Source of the DNA: Chiloscyllium plagiosum
Lineage: Eukaryota
Length of the DNA stretch: 31,188 nucleotides
Direction: 5' to 3'
Assembly (NCBI RefSeq): GCF_004010195.1
Contig: NC_057759.1
Span: 1,052,163-1,083,350, forward strand
Shown here piece after piece: positions 21,981-31,188 of the stretch (positions within the stretch are counted from its first letter, which is position 1; each line of letters starts with the position of its first letter). A program made the translations under genes and the position numbers. The notes under the pieces were generated by a model, which was given only the letters and a program-made list of their open reading frames with translations, was not told where the DNA came from and searched no databases.

Positions 21981-22690
21981 CCCCCACCCCATGAAGTGAC
22001 ATGAACTCAATGTCCCGGTTGAAGCCATCCTCATTGGTTCTGGACTTGGCTAATAGCCTCTGCTTGGCCAATAAAAACGATTAAGCAGTTACAAAACACA
22101 TATTGCAGAGGGCAGGGTGGGACGTGTCTTTCAATTTGCAGAAGGTGGGAGGCTCTGGATGCTGTAATCCAGGGCAAATGCATACTGGAGGACCTTCGGC
22201 GCAGAGAGATGGAGCTGGACGCCAGGCTGCAGATACGTTGGGGGGGAAATGGATAAAGTTGAATGGATGCTTTATTCCAGAAGATGGTCATTCCCCTCCA
22301 GACAGAGCCTTTTGATTGGTTCAGTGGACAGTATCAGGAGGGTGTGAGTGCGAGTCAGGCAGGTAAAAGGGATCTGAGAGAGTATTGCAGGGTGGAAGTG
22401 CTAACTGGCTGGGTTACGGGAGTAAAAAGAATGTTGGGCGTGGGGGGATGGTAGTAAGGGACAGAAGAGTGACAGGGATTGTCTCTGTTCTCTGTAGTTG
22501 GCATCAGGAGGCCAGATGGCATTGGTGTCTGTCTGGCACAAGATTTGGGAACCAATGTACTCAGGTCTAGAAAAGTGGAAAAGGGAGGTTGCTGTGGTGT
22601 GGTCCAACAATGTCAGGACGAGGGAGTCTCTGCTGAGGGCACATGAGAAGTTAGAAGCTACAAAGACAAAGCAGAGCCTCAAAGCTCTGA

Positions 22691-23010
22691 GCGGCATGGT
22701 GGCTCACGGGTCAGCATTGCTGCTTGACAGCGCCAGAGACCCGAGTTTGATTCCACCCTGAGGCGATAGTCTGTGTGGGGTTAGCTCTGCGTGCAGTTTA
22801 GGGTGTTTCAGCTGTGCTAAAGTGCCCAGGCATGTGCAGTTTAGGGTGTTATGACTGTGCTAAAGTGACCAGGCATGTGCAGGTTAGGGTGGATTAGTCA
22901 TGGGGAACTGCCGGGCTGTTGGGTAAGCAGATGGGTCTCGGTGGGATGCTGTTCAGAAGATCGATGTGAATTCGATGGGCCAAAATGCCTGCATGGACTA
23001 TATGATTCTC
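22691..23010 (+). mobile_element. HE1-like SINE with internal 43-bp tandem repeats
   Basis: GCGGCATGGTGGCTCA head; unit GTGCAGTTTAGGGTGTT...CTGTGCTAAAGTG.CCAGGCAT at 22791-22833, 22834-22876 and a partial third copy. Confidence 0.8.
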
Positions 23011-23104
23011 TCTTGAAAAATGATTGCCCTAAGTCTGCTGTGACAGGAGTGGATTCCAGTTCATGGGACACTGACACCAGTCCTGAAGAAGGTGGGATTT
23101 GTGC

Positions 23105-23540
23105 TGTCTCTCCCCCCACCCTCTGTCCACCCCCCAACTATTCTGTCTCTCACACTCTGCACACCGCATTCTCTCTCTTCTCCACCATTCTCTTCTCCCC
23201 CCACCCCCAGTATTTCTCTTTGCCGTCATCCTCTGTTCTCCTGTCCATTTTCTCTCTTTCTCCACCCTCTGCACTACCCCATTCTCTCTCCTCACACTCT
23301 GCACCCCCATTCTCTCTCTCTCCTAAACTGTCTGCCTGCCATTCTCTGTCCCACTCATTCTTTGCCCAAATTATCTTACCCACCACCATCTGTCACCTCA
23401 GTGTCTCTCTACATCCACCCTCTGTCCACTTGTCTATTTCCTCTTTCTCTCTCTCCCACCAGCCTCTGACTCTGTCCATTCTCTCTCCCTTCTCCTGCAC
23501 ACACCACCCCACCGTCCTTTTTCATTCCTCAAGCCCTCAT
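23105..23540. repeat. Pyrimidine-rich (CT/CCA) low-complexity tract
   Basis: Recurrent CATTCTCTCTC, CACCCC and CTCTGTCCA motifs with strong C/T strand bias. Confidence 0.85.
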
Positions 23541-23870
23541 TGATCACCGTATCAAGCCCTTCTAAGAAGAGAGAGAGATTGGAATGGTGATGACTCTACC
23601 TGGGAGACTGGGGTGCATAAGAAATGGTTGATATTTAAAATTGTGAATACTGAAAATGTATTCAGAAGCATCATTAAAATCTGAAAGCATGTTCAATTCC
23701 TTTAAAAAGCTGCTGGCATCTTTCTGAAAATTGTATTGAAATATGCACAGTTAGGCAACAATTAAGGACAGGCTGTAAGGGGTGAATGGCCTATTCCTCG
23801 TCTTGTGAAATTGGTTCCTATTAGGTAGGAATAGTGTCATTGGGTTGAGAAGAATGGAAACAAACATTTT

Positions 23871-24141
23871 GGTCTGTGCCAATCAGATATCCTAAATTAA
23901 TCTACTCCCATTTGCCTAAATTTGGTCCATATCCCTCTAAGTCTTTCTTATTCAGATATGCATCCTGACGCCTTTTAAATGTTGGAATTGTACCAGCCTC
24001 CATCACTTCCTCTGGCAGCTCATTCCAAACACCTATCACCCTCTGTGTGAAAAAGTTACCCCTTAGGTTCTTTCTAAAGTTTTCCCCTTTCTTTCTCAAT
24101 CTATGCCCCAGTTTTAGACTTCCTCTAACTTGGGGAAAAGA
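23871..24141 (-). mobile_element. CR1/HER1-like 3' fragment
   Basis: ORF 23902-24195(-) contains LRGNFFTQRVIGVWNELPEEVMEAGTI...GYGPN. Confidence 0.9.
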
Positions 24142-24295
24142 GCTACAAACGTTGAGCAAGAGACAAAGTGCAAAATGAACAAAATGTTGACCCACAAGGG
24201 GAAACTAATTGTGGGTCCAACCATTCTTTTTCTGCTATTGGCATTTGGACACTTAAATCTGTCAGGAACACTAGCATCGTCACATCACCCTTTCT

Positions 24296-24395
24296 TTAGC
24301 TTTGACAAAGGTTCAGTTAGACTCGAAACGTCAGCTCTTTTCTCTCCTTACAGATGCTGCCGGACCTGCTGAGGCTTTCCAGCATTTTCTCTTTT
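24296..24395 (+). mobile_element. Penelope-like terminal repeat fragment with hammerhead-like relic
   Basis: AGCT-TTGACAA-A-GGTTC-AGTTA-GACTC-GAAAC-GTC-AGCT followed by CAGATGCTGCCGGACCTGCTGAG..TTTCCAGCATTTTCT. Confidence 0.7.
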
Positions 24396-24404
24396 CGTCA
24401 CATC

Positions 24405-24813
24405 ACATATTGCGCATGCTCCTCGGTGTCAGGAAGCACTGCGCAAGTTCACCGGTGTCAACAAAATAGTACGCACGCTCGCTCTCAGATGAAACATCCC
24501 GAGACCTTCTCTCTCTGGACCAATGGGAAGATTTGGATGACCGGAAGGAATCTGGTCCTCCTGACAATCAGAGACACCCCATAGTACATGAATGCGGAAG
24601 TTCGCCATAAGATTGGAAAGTTGCTGCTCCTGTCTCTGAATGAAGATTGAGTTTCAGCAGATTGCAGCTTCCTTCCTCTGTCTAAACATCTGTGAGTACA
24701 GCAGTCTATTTTCAATTTATTTCTTTCATTCTGGGGTTCGGTTGTTAACTTGCAGCAACTGAAAGGAAAGAGAGTGAATCCAGGGAGGGAACAGATTGGA
24801 AAAGTTGGTCCAG
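24405..24813 (+). promoter_or_regulatory. Promoter and non-coding 5' exon module of a third ZNF-type unit
   Basis: TGCGCATGCT 24411 (NRF1-like), CCAAT 24520, CCGGAAG 24541 and GCGGAAGT 24594 (ETS). Donors CT|GTGAGT 24692 and CAG|GTCTGT 24814. 24748-24813 is homologous to 11783-11833. Confidence 0.6.
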
Positions 24814-24937
24814 GTCTGTGTCTCAATTGGCAAACACATGGCAATTGAAGTTCCACAGTGTGAACTTGTTTCCTTTGCTGTAGAAAACAAAAGGCAGAAC
24901 GGAGGTGTATTGTTTAAATGGTGATACATTGGGATGT

Positions 24938-25058
24938 GGAGAAAGTGAGGACGGCAGATCAGAGTCAAAAAGTGTGGTTCTGGAAAAGCGCAGCATGTCA
25001 GGCAGCATCTGAGGAGCAGGTGAGTCAACGTTTCAGGCATGAACATTTCATCAGGAAT
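24938..25058 (-). mobile_element. Penelope-like terminal repeat with hammerhead core boxes
   Basis: rc reads CATTC-CTGATGA-AATGTTCATGCCT-GAAAC-GTT-GACTC...GATGCTGCCTGAC; same family as 21150-21287. Confidence 0.8.
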
Positions 25059-25359
25059 GATTAGATTACTTACAGTGTGGAAACAGGCCCTTCAGCCCAG
25101 CAAGTCCACACCGCCCCGCCGAAGCGCAACCCACCCATACCCCTACATTTACCCCTTACCTAACACTACGGCCAATTTAGCATGGCCAGTTCACCTGGCC
25201 TGCACATCTTTGGACTGTGGGAGGAAACCGGAGCACCCGGAGGAAACCCACGCAGACACGGGGAGAAAGTGCAAACACCACACAGTCAGTCGCCTGAGGC
25301 GGGTATTGAACCCGGGTCTCTGGCGCTGTGAGGCAGCAGTGCTAACCACTGTGCCACCC
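25059..25359 (-). mobile_element. Young HE1-like SINE
   Basis: Near-identical reverse complement of 12541-12845; GATTAGATTAC tail. Confidence 0.95.
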
Positions 25360-25595
25360 ATGATGTGTGCCTCAGCATCCTGCTACTCCAGTCAATGTCC
25401 GTTGTCAGACAGGTGGAGCAAGCAATGAGCGAGGCAAGTCGTATATTACCAAGAGGAATAGAGTTCAGAAGTGGAGATGTCTTCCTGCAGTTATGGGGTT
25501 ATTGAATGTATTCAAGGCTGAGTTAATCAGATTTTTGAACAATAACGAAGTGGATGGTTCTAGGGGAAGGCAAGACAATGATTTTAAGACCCGTA

Positions 25596-26000
25596 CAGAA
25601 TAGTCACACAGTCATATATCACAGAAACAGACAATTTGGTGCAACTTGTCCATGCTGACTATGTTCTCAGGCTAATCTAGTCCGACTTACCAGTGTTTGA
25701 CCCATATCCCTCCGAGTACTTATCCAATGTATTTTAAATGTTGTAACTGTATCTGCATCCACCACTTCCTCTGGACATTCATTCTACACACAAACCACTT
25801 TCTCTGTAAGAAGAAAGAATTGTTGCTTAAAATCTTTCTCCTCTCACCTTCAAAATTTTCTGCCTAATCTTGAAATCCCCACCTAAGGGAAAGGACACCC
25901 ACTGTTGAACTCACCTATAACCCTCAAAGTTTTATAGACATCTATAAGGTCACCGCTCAACCTCCTATGCTCCAGTGAAAAGAGTCCCAGTGTATTCACC
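25596..26000 (-). mobile_element. CR1/HER1-like 3' fragment (older), apparently inside a degraded plus-strand CR1 3' end (~25480-26100)
   Basis: Colinear with 16866-17312; flanks TTGAATGTATTCAAGGCTGAG and GGCTCGAAAGACCAAATGGCCT are consecutive parts of a CR1 3' end. Confidence 0.8.
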
Positions 26001-26112
26001 TAAATGTAGGTATATTCATATCCAACTATGATGTGGTCAATGCTGGTGAAGGCTCGAAAGACCAAATGGCCTGTTCCCATTATCCATTTCTAATACTATG
26101 ACCAGGACAGCA

Positions 26113-26493
26113 AGAGACCATAAGACATAGGAGCAGAAATTAGGCCATTCAGCCCATTACGTCTGCTCCACCATTCAATCAGAGCAGATACGTTTCTCAA
26201 CTCCATTCTCTCGATTTCTCCCTATAACCCTCAATTCCCTTGACACTCAAGAACCGGTCTCATCTTAAATATATTCAGTGACTGGCCTCCATAGCCTTTT
26301 GTGGTAACGATTTCCATAGATTCACCACTCTTTGGCTGAAGAAGATTCTCCTTGTCTCTGTTCTAAAAGGTCTTCACATTACTCAGAGACTGTGCTCTTT
26401 GGTCCTAGTCTTTCCTACTAATGGAACCATTTTCCCAATGTCCATTCTGTCGAGGCCATTCAGTATTCAGTCAGTTTCAATTAGATCCCTCCT
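26113..26493 (-). mobile_element. CR1 3' fragment
   Basis: GACCATAAGACATAGGAGCAGAA tail; TTCCATAGATTCACCACTCT (RVVNLW in reverse). Confidence 0.88.
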
Positions 26494-26640
26494 GAGAGTG
26501 GGCCTGTTAATGAGCATGAACCAGAACCTTCAGGATGAGATACAGCAGGGATTAGGTTCAGCAAGTTGAGAATGGAGGCAGTGTGTGTGTGGGATGGAGA
26601 TTTTCAGCATTTAGGGAATGATAGAGGATTATATATTAGA

Positions 26641-27462
26641 ATGGATCAGATGGGCTGAGGAATGGCAGATGAGTTTAGTTTAGATAAATATGAGGTATTG
26701 CATTTTGGCAAGGCAGGACTTTCCAGTTAATGGGAAATGTTGTAGAACAAAGAAACCTCGCAATGCAGCTTCATAGTTCTTTGAAAGTGGAGTCACTGTT
26801 AGGCAGAATGGTGATGAAGGCGATTGGTATGCTTGCCCTTATTGGTTAGTGCATTCAGTACAGGGGTTGGGAGGTCATGTTACGACTGTTCAGGACATTG
26901 ATTAGGCCACTTTTGGAATACTGCTTTCAGTTCTGGTCTTTCTGATGCAAGAAGGATGTTGCGAAACATTGAAAGGATTCAGAAAGATGTATAAGGCTGT
27001 TGCCAGCATTGGAAGCTTTAAGCTGTAGGGAGAGGCTGAATAAGCTGAGACTGCTCTCCTTGGAGTGTCAGAGGCTGAGGGGTGGGGAGCTTATTGAAGT
27101 TCATAAGGGGCCACCTTATTGAAGTTCATAAGGGGCAGGGATGGGATGAGTAGCCAAGATCTTTTCCCCAGGTTAGGAGAGTCCAAAACTAGAGGGCACA
27201 GGTTTGAGGTGAGAGGGGAATGATTTAAAAGGAACCTGAGGGGCAACTCTTTTATGCAGAGGATGGTGCATGTATGGAATGAGCTGCCAGGGGAAGTGGT
27301 GGAGGCTGGTACAATCACAACATTTTAAAAGACATCTGGATATGTGAACAGGAAGGGTTTAGAGGGCCAAATGCTGGCAAATGGGACTAGACTGATTTCG
27401 GATATCGTTTTGTCACTGACAAGTTGGACCAAAGGGTCTGTTTCTGTGCTGTCTGACTCTAA
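26641..27462 (+). mobile_element. CR1/HER1-like 3' fragment
   Basis: Colinear with 2030-2873; small internal duplication CTTATTGAAGTTCATAAGGGGC at ~27090-27136. Confidence 0.92.
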
Positions 27463-27982
27463 TTGTCTTCGGTGAAAGAAGTGTCGTTGTGAAGACTGGA
27501 CTTGCAGAACACCTTTCAAAGATGTTTTGCCCGACTTGGGAGCAGAAAAAGTTACAGTGAAATCTTTCGTTTGTGAGATAGCAACTGAGTGAATGAGTAG
27601 ATTGGGATTTTGGTGAAAAGTAGGAATTCATTGCACTATAGGGATGAAGTGCTTTCAAGTTTAATGGCAGTACGTGAAGTTTTAGGTGGGTTTTTGTTTT
27701 AAACTGCTAATTTCTTTCAGCCTGCGACGTTGTATTTCCAATGCTATGCAGCAGAAGGAGCGGAGAATCAATGACTGGTATTGTTAAAAGCGTTATGATT
27801 TTCAATACTGCAGGTATTGCATTGTTTCATCAGCAGCGGGAGGTGTGGGCTGTATTCACTAGAAACGATTAAGCAGTTAGGTAACACAAAAATAAGAGGG
27901 CAGGGTGGGATTGTCTTTTGATTTGCAGACGGTGGGAGGTTCTGGATGCTGTGATATGGAGCAAACACAACTGCAGTAAATT

Positions 27983-28481
27983 ATAGAAACCCTACAGTGT
28001 GGAATCAGGCCATTCGGCGCATCAAGTCCACACTGACCCCTACAAAGAAAATGCCAAGCCCACCGTCCCCTACTCTATCCAGAAATAACTGTGCAAGACC
28101 ATTCCAGGACACATGGCCTCAAGGTAAGGGAAAACAGATTTAGGATAGAGATGAGGAGAAACTGCTTTTCTCAGACAGCAGTGAATCTATGGAATTCTCT
28201 GCCCAAGGAAGCAATAGAGGCAGCTTCATTAAATATTTTCAAGACACAGTTGGATGGGTTTTTGCATAGTAGGGGAATCAAGGGTAGTCGGGATAAGCTG
28301 GTAGGAGCTGAGACTATGGATGGATCAGCCATGATCTTAATGAATGGCCGAGCAGGCTCGACAGGCCAAATGGCCTACTCCTGCTTCGATTACTATGAAA
28401 CTGTAACCCTGCAATTAGGCTAACCCACCTAACCTGCACATCCCCAGACAGTATTGGCAATTTAGCATGGCCAATCCAATT
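27983..28481 (-). mobile_element. HE1-like SINE 3' half, interrupted by a CR1 fragment
   Basis: CCCTACAGTGTGGAATCAGGCCATTCGG at the left; CACCTAACCTGCACATCCC..TTTAGCATGGCCAATCCA at the right. Confidence 0.8.
28095..28402 (+). mobile_element. CR1 3' fragment nested in the SINE
   Basis: SRTHGLKVRENRFRIEMRRNCFSQTAVNLWNSLP...; CTATGAAA tail. Confidence 0.9.
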
Positions 28482-29019
28482 CAAGGCAGGTGAGCGAGTA
28501 GTGATGTGGAAAATAAATGTCAGAGAAAGATGGACAGGGACAAGGAGAATAAATGTACCAGGAATCATAGCTGGATCCAAAAGGTTACAAAAATTGAAAT
28601 TAAAAGCTGTGGTGTCTGAATATGTGCTGCATTGTAATGCAAGTGAATGAATTGACTGCACCAGTTAAAGAGAATAGTTTTGATCTGAGACTCCTTACAG
28701 AGACTTGGCTTCAGGATGACAGGAATTGGATCCTGAATATCGAGTGGGTATGTGACATTCAGGTCGAATGAGAAGCTCCGTTAAGGTAGAGGATTGGCAC
28801 TAATAATCAAAGCACTGATAACATGGTGGTCTGCTGTTGGTTCAGATTTCAGGTGCTGTTTTCTCTGTCCTCTGTTGATCTGCCTGTTCCCACAAAGTAA
28901 GATGGTGTCAGTTCTCAGCTCTGCTGAAGCTTTGACCCCCTTTTATACATTCTGATTCAATAAAACAGTAAATCAGTCGATCAAGGCCCACCCACAATCT
29001 CCCAGCCTGTCAAACCATC

Positions 29020-30850
29020 CAGACAATAGACAATAGGTCCAGGAGTAGGCCATTCTGCCCTTCAAGCCTGCACCACCATTCAATATGATCATGGCTGATC
29101 ATCCTTAACCAGTATCCTGTTCCTGCCTTGTCTCTATAACCCTTGATTCCACTGCCCTTGAGAGCTCTATCCAACTCTTTCTTAAATGCATCAAGAGACT
29201 GGGCCTCCACAGCCCTCTGGGGCAAAGCATTTCACACAGCCACCACTCTCTGGGTGAAGAAGTTTCTCCTCATCTGTGTCCTAAATGGTCTACCCCGTAA
29301 TTTTAAGCTGTGTCCTCTGGTTTGGCACTCACCCATCAGCGGAAACATGTTTCCTACCTCCAGAGTGTCCAATCCTTTAATAATCTTATATGTCACAATC
29401 AGATCCCCTCTCAGTCTTCTAATCTCAAGGGTATACAAGCCCAGTCACTCCTGTCTTTCAGCGTAAGGTAGTCCCGCCATTCCAGGAATTGACCTTGTGA
29501 ACCTACACTGCATTCCCTCAATAGCCTGAATGTCTTTGCTTAAATTTGGAGACCAAAACTGCACACAATACTCTAGGTGTGGTCTCAGCAGGGCCCTGTA
29601 CAGCTGCAGAAGAACCTCTTTGCTTCTATACTCAATCCCTCTTGTTATGAAAGCCAGCGTGCTATTAGCCTTCTTCACTACCTGCTGTATCTGCATGCTT
29701 ACCTTCATTGACTGGTGTACAAGAACACCCAGGTCTCTCTGTACTGCCCCTTTACCTAAATTGATTCCATTTAGGTAGTAATCTGCCTTCCTGTTCTTGC
29801 TACCAAAGTGGATAACCATACATTTATCCACATTAAACTGCATCTAACCTGTCCAGGTCATCCTGTAATCTCCTAACATCCTCCCCACATTTCACCCTGC
29901 CACCCAGCTTTGTATCATCAGCAAATTTGCTAATGTTATTACTAATACCATCTTCTATATCATTAATATAAATTGTAAAAAGCTGCGGTCCCAGCACTGA
30001 TCCCTGCGGTACCCCACTGGTATTCTGAAATGGAGCAGTTTATCACTACTTTTTGTTTCCTGTCAGCCAACCAACTTTGAATCCAAGTTAGTACTTTGCC
30101 CCCAATACCAGGCGCCCTAATTTTGCTCTCTAACCTCCTATGTGGGACTTTATCAAAAGCTTTCTGAAAGTCCAGGTACACTACATCTACTGGATCTCTC
30201 TCATCCATCTTCAGAGTTACATCCTCAAAAAATTCCAGAAGATTCGTCAAGCATGATTTCCTCTTCATAAATCCATGCTGACTCTGACCTATCCTGTTAC
30301 TACTATCCAGATGTGTCATAATTTCTTCCTTTATAATAGACTCCAGCACCTTTCCCACCACTGAGGTCAGACTAACTGGTCTATAATTTCCTGCTTCCTC
30401 TCTCCTATCTTTCTTAAAAAGTGGTACAACATTAGCCACCCTCCAATCCGCAGGAACTGATCCCGAATCTATCGAACTCTGGAAAATAATCACCAATGCA
30501 TCCACGATTTCTCGAGCCACCTCCTTCAGTCCCCTGGGATATACACCATCAGGCCCCGGGTACTTATCCAACTTCAGACCTAATAGTCTCTCCAACACCA
30601 ATTCCTGGCAAATATAAATTCCCTTCAGTTCAGGTCCTTCAGCCACTGTTACCTCAGGGAGATTGCTTATGTCTTCCCAGGTGTACACAGATCTGAAGTA
30701 CCAATTCAATTCTTCTGCTATTTCTTTGTTCCCCGTAATATATTCCCCTGTCTCTGTCTTCAAGGGCCCAATTTTAGTCTTAATCATTTTTTTGCCTTTC
30801 ACATACCTAAAAAAAGCTTTTACTATCCTCCTTTATATTTTCGGCCAGTT
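29020..30850 (-). mobile_element. CR1 LINE, ORF2 RT region to 3' end (disrupted by small deletions and stops)
   Basis: ORFs 29963-30802, 29445-29843 and 29232-29438: PGPDG, NYRPVSLTSVVGK, QHGF, YLDFQKAFDKVPH, with FADDTK at ~29910-29930; (GACAATA)n tail. Confidence 0.96.
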
Positions 30851-31188
30851 TAGATTAGATTAGATTAGATTACATTACAGTGTGGAAACAGGCCCTTCGG
30901 CCCAACAAGTCCACACTGACCCGCCGAAGGGAAAACAGGCCCTTCGGCCCAACAAGTCCACACCGCCCCGCCGAAGCGAAACCCACCCATACCCCTACAT
31001 TTACCCCTTACCTAACACTACGGGCAATTTAGCATGGCCAATTCACCTGACCCTGCACATCTTTTGGACTGTGGGAGGAAACCGGAGCACCCGGAGGAAA
31101 CCCACGCAGACACGGGGAGAACGTGCAAACTCCACACAGTCAGTCACCTGAGGCGGGAATTGAACCCGGGTCTCAGGCGCTGTGAGGC
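30851..31188 (-). mobile_element. Young HE1-like SINE inserted into the CR1 (runs off the window)
   Basis: (TAGAT)4 tail; near-identical to 12535-12850; tandem duplication of a ~46-bp 3' segment. Confidence 0.95.

Larger units (their letters stand above)
20158..22685 (+). mobile_element. Ancient CR1 5' region (UTR + ORF1 relic), interrupted at ~20314-22072
   Basis: CRRWEALDAVIQG..LEDLRRREMELDARLQ, DALFQKMVIPL, VRDRRVTGI...WCLSG esterase remnants; homologous to 27735-27976. Confidence 0.65.
27735..28812 (+). mobile_element. Ancient CR1 5' region (UTR/ORF1 start 27735-27976; ORF2 endonuclease start ~28600-28812)
   Basis: Homology to 20158-20313 joined to 22073-22190; VNELTAPV..NSFDL..LTETWLQDD..WILNIE remnant of the APE domain. 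Confidence 0.65.

Noticed and set aside
22791..22895. CRISPR-like repeat array
   Set aside because: Tandem units with no unique spacers, inside a eukaryotic SINE; no cas genes.
22875..23543. 222-aa Ser/Leu/Pro-rich ORF and overlapping ORFs
   Set aside because: Produced by SINE sequence plus the CT-rich low-complexity tract, which lacks stop codons by composition.
29963..30802. Active reverse transcriptase gene
   Set aside because: A small deletion and frameshift just before GVPQG, further breaks downstream, and a SINE inserted at 30851.

Overview
Repeat-dense eukaryotic genomic DNA, almost certainly from a shark. It carries HE1-type tRNA-derived SINEs, HER1/CR1 LINEs, a Deu-domain SINE and GPR139-like and MEKPEESRP-leader zinc-finger genes; an orectolobiform (bamboo or carpet shark) origin is my guess. 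Most of the window is nested retroelement debris: many CR1 fragments including one near full-length copy at ~12.2-16.8 kb (-), SINEs, Penelope-like elements with decayed hammerhead-ribozyme cores, a Rex1/Babar fragment and LTR relics. The host content is part of a tandem, KRAB-less C2H2 zinc-finger gene cluster: a heavily degraded copy (~4.4-5.1 kb), a ~13-finger disrupted copy (CpG-rich promoter and exon 1 at ~11.6-11.8 kb, coding exon 18.46-19.57 kb) and a third promoter/5' exon module (~24.4-24.8 kb) whose coding exon is not in the window. A truncated GPR139-like GPCR fragment opens the window. I find no intact protein-coding gene and no clearly new biological system. The best leads are the ZNF cluster unit architecture and the Penelope hammerhead relics. 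Repeat family names come from motif recognition, not database searches, and boundaries are approximate (about 10-30 bp).
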